Notes: generated from the sequence alone by a model not told the origin. 64,000 nucleotides of DNA from an uncultured Verrucomicrobiae bacterium (GCA_963706955.1 CAVPOC010000008.1:768001-832000), one strand, 5' to 3'. Positions 44,223-55,008 are shown, numbered from the stretch's first letter. A program made the numbers and translations.

Positions 44223-45313
44223 GCGACGTCCGTCAGGTAGTGCGCGGAGCCCTCGCTCTGCCGGCACGCCTGGCGCATGCCCGAACCCTCTCGGCTGTCC
44301 GTCGTAGTCCAAGCCAACATCCCGTTCTCTCTTTTGGCGGGATGTTGAATGGGGTTCGCCTCCTGCATGGAGGTGCGGTCAAGCTCATTCATCTTCGCGA
44401 CGCTTTCGAGTGCGATGAACGCTCGTTCAACCTCCTGTATCTTGTCAGCAGCGCTCATCCCGCCTTCGCCGAAGATCTCCTGAAAAGATGCCAGAGGCAT
44501 AAGATTCCGATCGTCTTGAACCAAAATGGCGTCGCCTATCCCGCATGGGCGGGCAAGGATTTCGAACGCTATAATCGTCCGATGCGCCGGTTTCGCGCGA
44601 TGGCGGACTTTGTTATTTATCAGAGCGCATTTTGCCGGGATTCCGCGGAGCGTTTTCTGGGTCCATGCGAGGTGGCCAACGAAATCATTTTTAATCCCGT
44701 CGATTTGCAAAAATTCCGACCGGCGGTCCCTCCGCTCCCGACAGAGCCCTTGCGACTGTTGACTTTGGGCACTCACGGCTACGCCCAACGTGTTCTTTCG
44801 GCGATAGAGTGCGCGCGAGTGCTCACGGATCGGGGAATTGATTGTTTGCTGACGATTGCTGGACGACTTGGGTGGTTCGGTGGGGTTGCCGAGACTCGCC
44901 GCGCGATCGCCAAGTTGGCGCTGGACCAGAAAGTAACTCTGGTGCCCTCCTTCACCCAAAAGGAGGCCCCGGAACTCTATCGCGCGCACCACATCCTGCT
45001 CCATCCGAAATACCTTGATCCCTGCCCGACCGTCGTTATTGAAGCACTCGCTTCAGGACTGCCGGTAGTCGCGTCAGGCTCCGGAGGTCTTCCGGAACTG
45101 GTTCCCGCTTCTTGTGGCGTGCTGGTTCCCGCTCCGCTTAGCTGGGAGAGATTGATTACGCCTACGGGCGAGCAACTTGCCGCGGCGGTCGAAGCGCTCC
45201 TTCCCCGACTCCCTCAGGTCGCACGCGCAGCTCGGTTGCATGCGGAAGCGACCTATGACGGCGTCAAATGGGTCGAAAGGCACGCGGCCATTTTCCGCCG
45301 TGTTCTTGGATGA
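44213..45313 (+). CDS. GT4 glycosyltransferase
   Basis: GGAVK, YQSAF, NPVD, DPCPTVVIEALASGLPVV.SGSGG.PE. Confidence 0.88.
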   Translation: MRLSDVRQVVRGALALPARLAHARTLSAVRRSPSQHPVLSFGGMLNGVRLLHGGAVKLIHLRDAFECDERSFNLLYLVSSAHPAFAEDLLKRCQRHKIPIVLNQNGVAYPAWAGKDFERYNRPMRRFRAMADFVIYQSAFCRDSAERFLGPCEVANEIIFNPVDLQKFRPAVPPLPTEPLRLLTLGTHGYAQRVLSAIECARVLTDRGIDCLLTIAGRLGWFGGVAETRRAIAKLALDQKVTLVPSFTQKEAPELYRAHHILLHPKYLDPCPTVVIEALASGLPVVASGSGGLPELVPASCGVLVPAPLSWERLITPTGEQLAAAVEALLPRLPQVARAARLHAEATYDGVKWVERHAAIFRRVLG

Positions 45314-46299
45314 GCGAACCGCTCGTCACCGTCCTGATGACGGTCTACAACGCAGGCCCCTTTCTCGCGCCCTCCATTCGCAGCATCCTTGGCCAGAGCT
45401 TTGCAGATTTCGAATTCCTGATTGTTGACGATTGCTCGACCGACGGGTCCGCAGAACTTGCCGAATCTGCATCGAAGGACCCGCGCGTTAAAGTAATCCG
45501 GAACTCGCACAACCGGGGGCAAACAGCGTGCTTGAACCTTGGCCTTGGGGTGGCACGCGGACGATGGATCGCTCGGCATGACGCCGATGATCTGGCGCAT
45601 CCGGATCGGTTGGCGCTTCAATTCCAATCAGCGCAGAAGAGTCCCGAGATTGTTCTCCTCGGCACCAATGGCCGCATTATCAACGAACAAGACAAGCTTG
45701 TCGGTCTGCTCGATGCGCCGATCTCCCATGAAGGAATCACCTGGACTGCGCCGTTTCTCAATCCGTTCATGCACACTTCGGTCATGTTTCGCGCCGACGT
45801 CATTCGGGATGAATTTGGCGGATACGATCAGAGCTACCGCATCGCGCAAGATTACGAGCTCTGGACCCGCGTCATCTCGCGATACCGTAGCGCAAACCTC
45901 CCTCAGCGCCTGATCGATTATCGACACCTCGCCACCTCGATGTCCAAAGTCTGGCGAGAACAAGCCTTCGCCGAAGCGGGACAAGTTTCGGACCGCGAAG
46001 TCAGGCGGACTTTCGGGCGCGAGCTGGACAAGACCGAGGCGCAATTGATCGCGCAATTTCGGGAAGGTCTCACTCCCTCCCAGAGGAGAGCCTTTTGGAA
46101 GCTCTATTATGGGCTGCTTGCCGGGCGCGATTCGCGGACCAGCGATATGCGCCGCACCATCGCCATGCATCACCTCAAGGCCGCCGGAGCTCTTTCTTGC
46201 CAATCGCCGCGTCTGGCGCTTGCGGAAATTTTCGCCGCCATGAAGACCGCGCCAGCCGCCACGATTAGCTGGTTGGCGACACGATACCTCAATACCTAA
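45310..46299 (+). CDS. GT2 glycosyltransferase
   Basis: VTVLMTVYN, VDDCSTD, NRGQTACLN, RHDADD, HTSVMFR, QDYELW. Confidence 0.9.
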   Translation: MSEPLVTVLMTVYNAGPFLAPSIRSILGQSFADFEFLIVDDCSTDGSAELAESASKDPRVKVIRNSHNRGQTACLNLGLGVARGRWIARHDADDLAHPDRLALQFQSAQKSPEIVLLGTNGRIINEQDKLVGLLDAPISHEGITWTAPFLNPFMHTSVMFRADVIRDEFGGYDQSYRIAQDYELWTRVISRYRSANLPQRLIDYRHLATSMSKVWREQAFAEAGQVSDREVRRTFGRELDKTEAQLIAQFREGLTPSQRRAFWKLYYGLLAGRDSRTSDMRRTIAMHHLKAAGALSCQSPRLALAEIFAAMKTAPAATISWLATRYLNT

Positions 46300-47264
46300 G
46301 TCGCGAATCGAGCCAAACGCTGGCCGCCTGGAGCGCACGAAAGAGACGGCGTTCTGCGCTGCTTTTATCTCTCCAGCGCGCTGCAAGTTCTGGAACAGTT
46401 TCGCCGAGCAGCCGCTGCCAGCGCTTGAGGGTGGCGTCGAACGAGAAGTTTCTGCTGGAGGTCGCGCCAGCCGCGACCAGCTGTTTTCGCAGGGAAGGAT
46501 CCTTTTGGAGACGTCGAAGTTGAGCGAAGAGCTCTCCGGGTGTCGCGGCTTGCAGGAAGTCGCGTCCCGGCTCTCCATCGGCGGCATAGGCCGAATCCAT
46601 CCCGCCAATAAAGGGAACTCCTGCCAGCCAGGCGTTGTAGAGTTTGGTCGCGGGCTTGTGGACGTAGCGGGACCGTCCGAAGCTCCGGATCGCCATAACA
46701 GCAGTCCGCTTCCCGATAGTCATGCCAGCGATCGGCGCCACAGATGATGAAATTGAGCCCAAGTTCGTCTCGAAGCTTGTCTTGCCAGCGGGGATCAGCG
46801 AGCTCCGGCGCAAGGTTGGAGCTCTCCCCGAAGAAACAAACATTTTCAAAGCGGTCCAGACGGGCCGGATCCCGCGCCAGCAAATTGGGGTGGGGCCAAA
46901 GCGGCATGAAGGCAGAGTTGCGCAATCGGCGGGCGTGAGCATCGTTTTGCACCAGGTGAAGATGTGCGCGAGCGTCAGCCAAATAGTCCGCGACAACTCC
47001 CACGAAAAAGACATGCTTGGGAACGCGGAAGTCAGCCGTCAGCAAACTGGTCAGGGCGACTAAGATCCCCTCTGAAGGAATCGCGTGGGTGAGCCTAACA
47101 GGAAAGCCGCTTCGTTCGAGGGCCAGCCAGCTTTGATAAATCCAGCATTGAGCGCAGGCGATCTTTCCGGCTTCCTCGAGCCGCGTAATTTTCCCAGACC
47201 TCCAGGCTTCCTGCCGTGCAGGATCCGGTAGATATCTTTCCGGGAGATAAAAATGGACCTGCAT
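46289..47264 (-). CDS. GT-B (GT4-like) glycosyltransferase, frameshift near 46700
   Basis: WIYQSW, PLWPHPNL, WHDY.EAD, KPATKLYNAWLAGVP. Confidence 0.7.
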
Positions 47265-47281
47265 GAAATCTTCGACCGTAG

Positions 47282-47773
47282 ATGAAAGGCGAAATCCTTC
47301 AAGATTGGGAGGCCAATAGGGGAAATTGGAAAAGCCGGAGTGCCATGCTGCTCTATCGGGCCGCGCAGGGTGTGCGTCGGCAGTCTCCGCTGCTTCGCCT
47401 ACTCGGAGCTCCCGTTGTAGTCCTCTACGTCCTCTACGTCGAATGGGCGCTGGGCATCGAGCTGAACCTGAAGTCCAAGATTGGACCAGGATTGCGCCTC
47501 TATCATGGAACCGGTCTGGTCATTCATGAAGCTGCGGTGCTGGGAAGCAATTGCGCTCTTCGTCACTGCACGACCATTGGAATGAAGAACGGGCCTGCCG
47601 ACTGCCCATCGATCGGCAACAACGTCGACATCGGGTCAAACTCGGTGGTGGTTGGGTCGATTAGGATTGGTGACAACGCGGTGATCGGCGCCGGCTCTGT
47701 TGTTCTTCATGATGTCGCGCCTGGTGACGTGGTGGCCGGGAATCCTGCCCGCTCGATCAAACGACCGGCGTGA
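47282..47773 (+). CDS. Hexapeptide-repeat (LbH) O-acetyltransferase, CysE/WcaB-like
   Basis: IGPGLRLYHG, TTIG, PSIGNNVDIG, IGDNAVIGAGSVV, VAGNPAR. Confidence 0.88.
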   Translation: MKGEILQDWEANRGNWKSRSAMLLYRAAQGVRRQSPLLRLLGAPVVVLYVLYVEWALGIELNLKSKIGPGLRLYHGTGLVIHEAAVLGSNCALRHCTTIGMKNGPADCPSIGNNVDIGSNSVVVGSIRIGDNAVIGAGSVVLHDVAPGDVVAGNPARSIKRPA

Positions 47774-48858
47774 AATTCCTCTTCTTGTCCGGGCACGCTC
47801 ACCTGGCGCTCGACCCTTCCGCCCAGGACGCGTCCGGTGGCGCCGAACTTCAAGTTGCCCTGCTCTCGCTCGAGCTGGTATCCCGCGGACACGACGTCGT
47901 GATTGTGGCGGCCGAAACCGGCCAAACAAAGGATGTCGTTCACAATGGGGTAAGAATCATTCCCGCTGGTCGATTCGACACAGGACGAGCTCTTGACACT
48001 CTGCGCGCCTTGCCTCGGATCGCGCGTGCTCTTCGCCGTGAAAAGCCGGACCATGTCGTCGTGTATGGTTGGACGGCGTGGCTCTATGTCCTCCAAAAAT
48101 TGCGCATTTTGGTGCCTTTCCGGCTGGCGTTTGTTTGCGCTTTGGACTCGGAAATTGATGGCGGTTTTCGTCGCGCGGAACCATTGCGCGGTTTGCTCTT
48201 CGAACGCGGCATGCTGCTCTCGGATTGCCGCTTCGCCATCACAAACCACCAGGCGCGCCTTTTTCATCGAAAGGGCATGCCCTGCACGGTCACACGACTG
48301 CTCCTTCCTCGGACGACCGATTTCTCAAGGCCTGAGAAGAAGCACATCGATCTTCTCTGGGTGGCACGTTGTCATCGCGTAAAGCGTCCTCATCTCTTCC
48401 TCGATCTCGCAGAACGTCTGCCGCAGGCGCGCTGTCGGATGATCTGTTCGATTCAAGATGAGGCGCTCTGGCAAAGCGTCGCTCGCCGTGCCCGGCAACT
48501 CGCAAACTTAGAATTTCTGCCCGCCGTGCCCTACCGGGAAATCCAAGGCCACTTCGACCAGTCCGAAATCTTTGTCAATACCTCCGAACACGAGGGCGTC
48601 CCGAATACGTTTATCCATTCCGGGTTGGGTTACACAGCCATACTCTCGCTGGTTGTCGATCCCGATGGCATGTTCGAAGATTTCCGCGCGGGTATCTGCG
48701 CGGCGGGTCAGTTCGAACGGCTCGTGCTGGCGGCCGCGGAGATGCTTTCCCATCGCGATAAACTTGCTGCGGCCCAGCAAGAATCCGCCCGCTTCGTTCG
48801 CGAATGGCACAAGAATGAAGCAAATGTTCAAGCATTTCTGAGCGGGCTCGCCAGATGA
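47770..48858 (+). CDS. GT4 glycosyltransferase
   Basis: GGAELQ, LWVAR..VKRP, FVNTSEHEGVPNTF. Confidence 0.88.
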   Translation: MKFLFLSGHAHLALDPSAQDASGGAELQVALLSLELVSRGHDVVIVAAETGQTKDVVHNGVRIIPAGRFDTGRALDTLRALPRIARALRREKPDHVVVYGWTAWLYVLQKLRILVPFRLAFVCALDSEIDGGFRRAEPLRGLLFERGMLLSDCRFAITNHQARLFHRKGMPCTVTRLLLPRTTDFSRPEKKHIDLLWVARCHRVKRPHLFLDLAERLPQARCRMICSIQDEALWQSVARRARQLANLEFLPAVPYREIQGHFDQSEIFVNTSEHEGVPNTFIHSGLGYTAILSLVVDPDGMFEDFRAGICAAGQFERLVLAAAEMLSHRDKLAAAQQESARFVREWHKNEANVQAFLSGLAR

Positions 48859-49995
48859 TCCGAGTCCTTCACGTGATCGACCACCTCGACCTCGGCGGAG
48901 CACAAACCGCCCTTGTTGACATGCTTCGCCACCGCGATCGCTCCGCCTTCGACGTCGAAGTTGCCGTCATGCATGGCCGCGGGCCATTCGCCGATGCGCT
49001 GGAGGAGCTGGGGATCAGAGTGCACTCGCTCGCTCAGGGCCAAATGGCCGCCCGCCTATGTGACTGAGTTTCTTCGCCTACTCCGTGGCTCCGACTTTCA
49101 CGTGGTCCATTTTCACCTGCAAGGAGCCAATTGGATTGCCAAGCCGCTGGCGGCATTGGCGGGACAACGTGTGCTCATTGCGCACGAACACAGCAGCGGC
49201 GATCTGCGGTTCCGGGGGCTGCGTTCGCTCATCCCAGATGCCTCGACCCACCTTTTCTCCACACGCATCATCGCCGTTTCGAAGGGTGTTCGCGACTTTC
49301 TCACACGCTGGGAGGCAATTTCACCCGATTTGATTGAAGTTGTCCCCAATGCCGTTGATGAGGACCTATTCCAACCGTGCACGGACGAGCAACGGCGAGC
49401 GGCGCGGAGTCGTTTCTCTCTTCCCGTGAACGGATTCGTGGTCGGTGGAATGGGCCGACTGGCGCACGAAAAGCATTTCATCCTCGTAGCCGAACTCGCG
49501 GCACGCCATCCGGACGCTTATTTTGCCGTCGCCGGCTCCGGTCCCGAAGGCGAGCGGATCGCCGCCCGCGCAGAGCAACTCGGGGTGAAAGAGCGCGTGC
49601 GGCTGCTCGGAAGCGTCCTTGACCGGCCCTCCTTTTACCAGGCGCTCGACGCTTTCCTTCTGCCGTCGTTGTTCGAAGGTCTACCGATGGCTCTGCTCGA
49701 AGCGATGTTTTCCCGAGTGCCGGTGTTGTCTTCGCGGCTGGAAGGTATTTCCACCATCATGACAGACGAGAAGGAAGGGCTGCTAGCTAGCGCAGGAGAT
49801 GTTCAGGATTTCTCTAGACAGCTCAAGCGACTCGAGGCTTCACCCGAGCTCGGCCGGCATCTTTCCGCAAACGCACGCTCGAAGGCCCTGGAACAATTCT
49901 CAGCGTCCGTGACCGCCGGGAGGATCGAGGATATTTATCGCCGAGAGCTGGCTATTGCGAACACCAAGCTGGCTGATAAGAGTTCAAGATCATGA
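48855..49995 (+). CDS. GT4 glycosyltransferase (frameshift near 49035)
   Basis: RVLHVID.L.LGGAQ, IIAVS, PNAVD, GRL..EK, PSLFEGLPMALLEAM. Confidence 0.88.
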
Positions 49996-50513
49996 GAAAA
50001 CTGAGAAAGGCTCTGCTCGTGGCGACTGGAGTGGTTTTTGGCGCCTGCGCAACGCAGACTTTTCGTCCCGAGGTAGCTCCCGAATATGTGGTCACTCGTG
50101 ATCCGACCCCTTTTTACCTGAGTAAGCCACGACAAGAGAGCACACCCGATGCCGCTTTAAGCGCTCAAACTCGGGTCAAATTGTTGCGCAAGCAGGCGAG
50201 CTACAGCCTTGTCTTGCTCGAAGATTCGCGCAAGGGGTACGTCGCGAACGCCTACCTCACGCAAGCTCCGTCCGGATTGCCGCAACGACCATTCGGTTCC
50301 TCATCGGAGGCCGAGCCTTCGCCGCGCCCAAAGAGGCGCGCAGCCCCGAGCCCAACTCCGGCGCCAAGTCAGCCGGAAACACCCGCCTCGGACGCCAGCG
50401 CACCTGCAGCGAGCACGCCGGCATCTCCAGATTCGCAAGCTCCTCCAGAAGAGGTCCCCTCTCCGACCCCCGCCCCGGAGGCACCTCTCGAGAAGCCCAA
50501 GTTCCGCCTTTAA
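49992..50513 (+). CDS. Predicted lipoprotein with SH3b-like domain and Pro/Ala/Ser-rich tail
   Basis: Signal ending FGAC (lipobox-like), V.LL....YS.V...D.RKGYV...YL, low-complexity tail ending PKFRL. Confidence 0.65.
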   Translation: MRKLRKALLVATGVVFGACATQTFRPEVAPEYVVTRDPTPFYLSKPRQESTPDAALSAQTRVKLLRKQASYSLVLLEDSRKGYVANAYLTQAPSGLPQRPFGSSSEAEPSPRPKRRAAPSPTPAPSQPETPASDASAPAASTPASPDSQAPPEEVPSPTPAPEAPLEKPKFRL

Positions 50514-50567
50514 TCCTCACTGCGCACGTCGGCAGGAGCCGGGGCGCGGCGCAACCAATCCCCAGAC

Positions 50568-51365
50568 CTACTCCAACTTGGCGACGTGTGCCTCGAGTGA
50601 TTCGCGGGTGATCGTGTGGCGGGCGCCGCAACGCGGGCAATGGATCCGAATGATCTCTTCGCCTTGGAATAGCTCATCCGGTTGCTGACGCATGACGGGA
50701 GCCAGCATGGCAAGCATCTGCTCCTGATTGCAGCCGCATTCGAACCGGTATCGTCGCCTTTCCAGCAGCCCGAGTTCGACATCCTTGTCGAGACGGCGGA
50801 TCGCCTGCTCGTCGAGCGTCTTGATCCAGTCAAGATCGGCGTCCGGTTGTGCCATAACCATTACCAAGTCTTCTTCCTCATAGCGAAAGAAGCGTGCGAG
50901 GCGTTGTTCGCTTTGCAGGTAAAACGTCTCGACCGCCTCGAGAAATTCCTGGCCTGAAAATTCCACGACGCTGCGGCGCGGCGGCACGTTGTCTGAAATG
51001 ATGTCGGCGTAAAAGAGCCCCGTCGTAGAGGCCTTGACATTTTCAGTGAAAACGTTGCCGACGACCGTTCCGAGTGTGTTGTTGCCGCTGACAAAGACGT
51101 TCACCAACGGATCTTGAAAATTGACCGTCCAGGCGACCATTTCCTTCCAGGGTCGGGAAGCGCTATGCAACGTCACCGCCGCCAAGGCATCCCGGAGAAG
51201 TTTGTCGGTCGCTTCTTCCAGACCGCTGCCGGAGTCCAGTCGATGCAAGTAAAGCGCCGCATAGAGTTCGGAAAATTCCGCGCGCGCCACCAAGGCATTG
51301 CGTCCGCGCGCAAAGTACGTGCGCACTTCGATCCCAGGATCAAGGGAGCTCTCGGTTTCCGACAT
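50568..51365 (-). CDS. hslO: Hsp33 family redox-regulated chaperone
   Basis: FY.QSEQ, C-terminal FECGC...IHCPRCG zinc motif. Confidence 0.8.
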   Translation of the reverse strand: MSETESSLDPGIEVRTYFARGRNALVARAEFSELYAALYLHRLDSGSGLEEATDKLLRDALAAVTLHSASRPWKEMVAWTVNFQDPLVNVFVSGNNTLGTVVGNVFTENVKASTTGLFYADIISDNVPPRRSVVEFSGQEFLEAVETFYLQSEQRLARFFRYEEEDLVMVMAQPDADLDWIKTLDEQAIRRLDKDVELGLLERRRYRFECGCNQEQMLAMLAPVMRQQPDELFQGEEIIRIHCPRCGARHTITRESLEAHVAKLE

Positions 51366-51524
51366 TGGCCCGAAAGCTAGACACAATCTTCCAACAGGCA
51401 AGGGAGACCGATCCCGAATCTGCTTTCGCAAAGAAGCAGCCACACGCGGAGGCTGGAAAACAGCGACTCTGTTTCCGTATCACGTTGCCAAGGTAGGCGT
51501 ATCTTCGTGGCAGGTCCGAAAAGC

Positions 51525-52313
51525 TCACCTGGCCGGTTCAGGGTATGGTCTATGCAACTTAACCGGCGCACCTTTGCGCACCCTGATGTTCAGCACTTCC
51601 ACGAACACGGAAAAGCCCATCGCAAAATAGATGTAGCCCTTGGCAATATGCTGGCCAAATCCGTCGGCAATGAGGGTAACCCCTATAAGCAGGAGGAAGC
51701 TGAGCGCGAGCATCTTGATAGTGGGGTGACGATCGACAAACCCACTGATCGGCCCGGCGAAGGCCATCATGAAGATGACCGCCACAATGACTGCCCCGAC
51801 CATAATGGGAATGTTATTGACCATCCCAACGGCAGTAATCACTGAGTCGAGTGAGAAAACAATGTCGAGCAAGATGATCTGGGTGATGACCGCGTTGAAC
51901 GAGACCACTGCGCGCGTGGTGCCGTGCCCTTCTTCGCCCTCTAGCTTCTGGTGAATCTCGTGAGTGCTCTTCCAAACCAGAAAGATCCCGCCGATGATCA
52001 GGATGAGGTCTCGGCCGCTGACTTCGTTTTGAAAGATTGAAAAGAGTGGATAGGTAAGTCGAGCCATCCAAGCTATCGACATCAACAGGAGCACCCGCGT
52101 GATCATGGCGAGGCTCAGTCCAATAAAGCGTGCCTTCGGCTGCTGTTCCGGCGGAAGTTTTCCGGCGAGAATCGAGATGAATATGACATTGTCGATACCG
52201 AGCACGATCTCGAGCACGCAAAGCGTCACAAAGGCAACGGCGAGTTCAGCGAATCCTGAGGGCGCGGTATCGACCGCCGCACCAAGCATGAGCATGAAGA
52301 TATTCGGGTCCAT
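51525..52313 (-). CDS. TerC family integral membrane protein
   Basis: LEIVLGIDN, DIVFSLDSVITAVG, KGYIYFAM. Confidence 0.92.
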   Translation of the reverse strand: MDPNIFMLMLGAAVDTAPSGFAELAVAFVTLCVLEIVLGIDNVIFISILAGKLPPEQQPKARFIGLSLAMITRVLLLMSIAWMARLTYPLFSIFQNEVSGRDLILIIGGIFLVWKSTHEIHQKLEGEEGHGTTRAVVSFNAVITQIILLDIVFSLDSVITAVGMVNNIPIMVGAVIVAVIFMMAFAGPISGFVDRHPTIKMLALSFLLLIGVTLIADGFGQHIAKGYIYFAMGFSVFVEVLNIRVRKGAPVKLHRPYPEPAR

Positions 52314-52482
52314 CAGCGTCTTTCTAACGTGGGTAACTGGGCTGCACCATGAGATTCGTTAGCCGACCTCCAGATGGCCGCGGCACTGGCAACTAGCTCG
52401 AACTTTAAGAGGCTCGCGGGGGAGAAAAGGAGGCCGCGGAAGAGTAGCGCTTCCGACATGCTGTCACGGGAATTTCGGTGAC

Positions 52483-53523
52483 TTGTGCGATCTTCCGCCC
52501 CTAGAGTCTGCCGTGCGAGCGATCGAGCAAGTATTTCCGAGGTGCTCTCTAGGGTTTTTTCCGACCCCGCTGGTGGAAATGAAACGGCTTTCCGGACGAC
52601 TCGGCGGGCCGCGTCTCTGGATCAAGCGCGACGACCTGAGCGGGCTGGCTTTTGGTGGCAACAAGACGCGTAAGCTGGAATTTCTCATGGCCGGGGCCCT
52701 GGCAAATCGCTGCGATGCAGTGATCACTGCGGGTGCGGCGCAGTCGAACCATTGCCGGCAGACGGCCGCCGCGGCTGCCGCCCTTGGCGTTTCCTGCCAC
52801 CTCGCCTTGGGCGGCTCCCCTCCAGGGACTTCAAACGGCAACCTGCTTTTGGATCAGCTCCTTGGCGCGACGATCCACTGGTGCGGCAGCCGCCGAAAAG
52901 GCGAAGGGCTCCTTCAGATCGAGCGGGATTTAACCTCGCGCGGACTGAGGCCCTACGTCATACCTTACGGAGGATCCAACGTCGTCGGCGCCGCGGGGTT
53001 CGCCGCTGCCATGGTCGAGCTTGAGGCACAACTAACGAAAACCGGGATTCGCGCTGATGCCATTGTCTTCGCCTCCTCATCGGGCGGAACGCAAGCCGGC
53101 TTGACCGTTGAAAAATCGGCAACCGGGAGCGAGGTGCGGCTCCTGGGAATCAGAATCGATAAGGACGAACCGGGAGAGGATTCGTTCGCATTCGAGATAA
53201 CCAGTCTCGCGAACCAGCTCGCTCAGCGCCTCGATTTGCCGGAGGGATTCACCCCTGCGGACATCGTCCTTAATTCCGACTACACCGGCGAGGGGTATGG
53301 CATTGTCGGTGATCTCGAGCGCGAGGCCATTCGGCTTATGGCGCAGACCGAAGGGATCCTGCTCGATCCCGTCTACACCGGCCGCGCGTTTGGCGCATTG
53401 CTCGACCTCCTAGACCGTCATGAGTTCGGATCGCACGAACACGTCGTCTTCTGGCACACTGGCGGCGGCCCAGCCCTCTTCTCTTACGCGGAAACTCTGG
53501 TCGAGAGCCGCGATCGCACGTGA
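52483..53523 (+). CDS. D-cysteine desulfhydrase / ACC deaminase family PLP enzyme
   Basis: PTPL, KRDDL...GGNKTRKLE, QSNH, PYGGSN, SGGT, LDPVYTG, HTGG. Confidence 0.9.
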   Translation: MCDLPPLESAVRAIEQVFPRCSLGFFPTPLVEMKRLSGRLGGPRLWIKRDDLSGLAFGGNKTRKLEFLMAGALANRCDAVITAGAAQSNHCRQTAAAAAALGVSCHLALGGSPPGTSNGNLLLDQLLGATIHWCGSRRKGEGLLQIERDLTSRGLRPYVIPYGGSNVVGAAGFAAAMVELEAQLTKTGIRADAIVFASSSGGTQAGLTVEKSATGSEVRLLGIRIDKDEPGEDSFAFEITSLANQLAQRLDLPEGFTPADIVLNSDYTGEGYGIVGDLEREAIRLMAQTEGILLDPVYTGRAFGALLDLLDRHEFGSHEHVVFWHTGGGPALFSYAETLVESRDRT

Positions 53524-54692
53524 GCGGACTCTGCCGGGAGTAGCCAGTCGATGCGCGACGGAAGATATCTCATCTCGCCCTTGGAGAAGACGAACTGAAA
53601 GAGTTGCAGGCTTCTCGCGCGAAATGCGCCGGCGCAGCTGAGGAGATAAAAGCGCCACATCCGGTAGAATGTCTCTCCATAGCGGCTTGCAAAACGATGC
53701 CACGAGCGCCGGAAGTTGCTCTCCCAAGCCTTCAGCGTCTTTTCGTAGTCACCACCGAGATTCTGGACATCCTCCAGAATGAACAACTTTTCGGAGGCCT
53801 TGCTCACCTGCGCGGCGGATGGGAGCATCGAGTTGGCAAAAATGTAGCGAGCCACCCACGGGTCCGGGTAGAGGCTCGAAGAGTTTACTGCGATCGACTG
53901 GCAGAGAAATACTCCGCCGGGACGTAGGGCCTCAAAGACCTTCTTCATGTAATCGCGATAATTCTTCGGTCCGACGTGTTCCAGCATGCCCACGCTGGCG
54001 ACACGATCAAACTTCTCCGAAATTTCTCGATAATCCTGGAGCCGAATTTCGACAGGTAAACCACGAGAAGCCTCCGCCGCGTAGCGGCGCTGCTCCTGAG
54101 AGATGGTGATGCCAACGACGCGGCACCCGTAGTGTGCAGCGGCGTGCTTGGCGAGTCCTCCCCACCCGCAGCCGATGTCCAAAAGCGACATTCCTTTCTC
54201 GAGGCCGAGTTTGCGGCAGATCAGGTCCATCTTCTCGGTCTGCGCCTGACCAAGGTCGTCTGTGTCGCGAAACCATGCGCACGAATACTGCATCGAGGGG
54301 TCCAACATGCCTTCGAACAGATCGTTGCCCACGTCGTAATGTCGCTTACCGACGCGTCTCGAACGGCGGCGTGTCTGCAGATTGAAAAGAAACGAACTCG
54401 CCATCGCGACTGCAGTGTGCAAATTCACGGGAACTCGCTCCTCGAGGTGCGCGCGAATCGCGCGACAGCACATTTCGTCCAGGGCATTACAATCCCACCA
54501 GCCGTTCATGTAGGATTCGCCAAATCCGAGCGTGCCACCCGCCAGCACCGCGCGGAAAAAACGTGAATCATTCACGCGTATATCCCACGGGCGCGCCCCT
54601 TGTAACTGAATGTCTGCCGAGGCAAAAAGGTCTTGCAGTGTCGATTGTGCCAAACTCGTGCGAGGAGGCAATGAGTGCATTCCTGACACCAA
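53484..54692 (-). CDS. cfa: Cyclopropane-fatty-acyl-phospholipid synthase
   Basis: GESYMNGWW, HYDVGNDLF, YSCA, LDIGCGWG, SVGMLEHVG, RMWRFYL.SCAGAF. Confidence 0.92.
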   Translation of the reverse strand: MVSGMHSLPPRTSLAQSTLQDLFASADIQLQGARPWDIRVNDSRFFRAVLAGGTLGFGESYMNGWWDCNALDEMCCRAIRAHLEERVPVNLHTAVAMASSFLFNLQTRRRSRRVGKRHYDVGNDLFEGMLDPSMQYSCAWFRDTDDLGQAQTEKMDLICRKLGLEKGMSLLDIGCGWGGLAKHAAAHYGCRVVGITISQEQRRYAAEASRGLPVEIRLQDYREISEKFDRVASVGMLEHVGPKNYRDYMKKVFEALRPGGVFLCQSIAVNSSSLYPDPWVARYIFANSMLPSAAQVSKASEKLFILEDVQNLGGDYEKTLKAWESNFRRSWHRFASRYGETFYRMWRFYLLSCAGAFRARSLQLFQFVFSKGEMRYLPSRIDWLLPAESAHVRSRLSTRVSA

Positions 54693-55008
54693 TTCTCACG
54701 GTTTTCACCGAACCTGGCAATTCCAGAGTCCGGTTTTTTCTTAAACGCCGACCAATCGCCCGCCGATCAGTCAGCTGAAAAATGCCGCCATTCGCGCGGG
54801 AAATCTGGGCAAACAGGCCAATCTCTGGTAAATAATTGGCAATTCTGCCCCTAGTTCCCAGAATTCCCGCGACCGCCAGCGGCTCGGCGCTGTGTTCACT
54901 CGATCGACATCGAAAACGGGGCGTTCTTTTTTGTTCGCTTTCCGCAATATCGCATCTCCGACCGCTGACCGTCAGGCTCAGCTCCGCAATCACAACCCAG
55001 AACCACCA

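Noticed and set aside
45628..46608. Long antisense ORFs (also 27291-28241, 38235-39071, 39676-40494, 44219-45004)
   Set aside because: Shadows of well-supported genes on the opposite strand in GC-rich DNA; no motifs.
31497..47264. Invertible phase-variation segments around the three minus-strand genes
   Set aside because: No flanking inverted repeats found by eye and no recombinase in the window.
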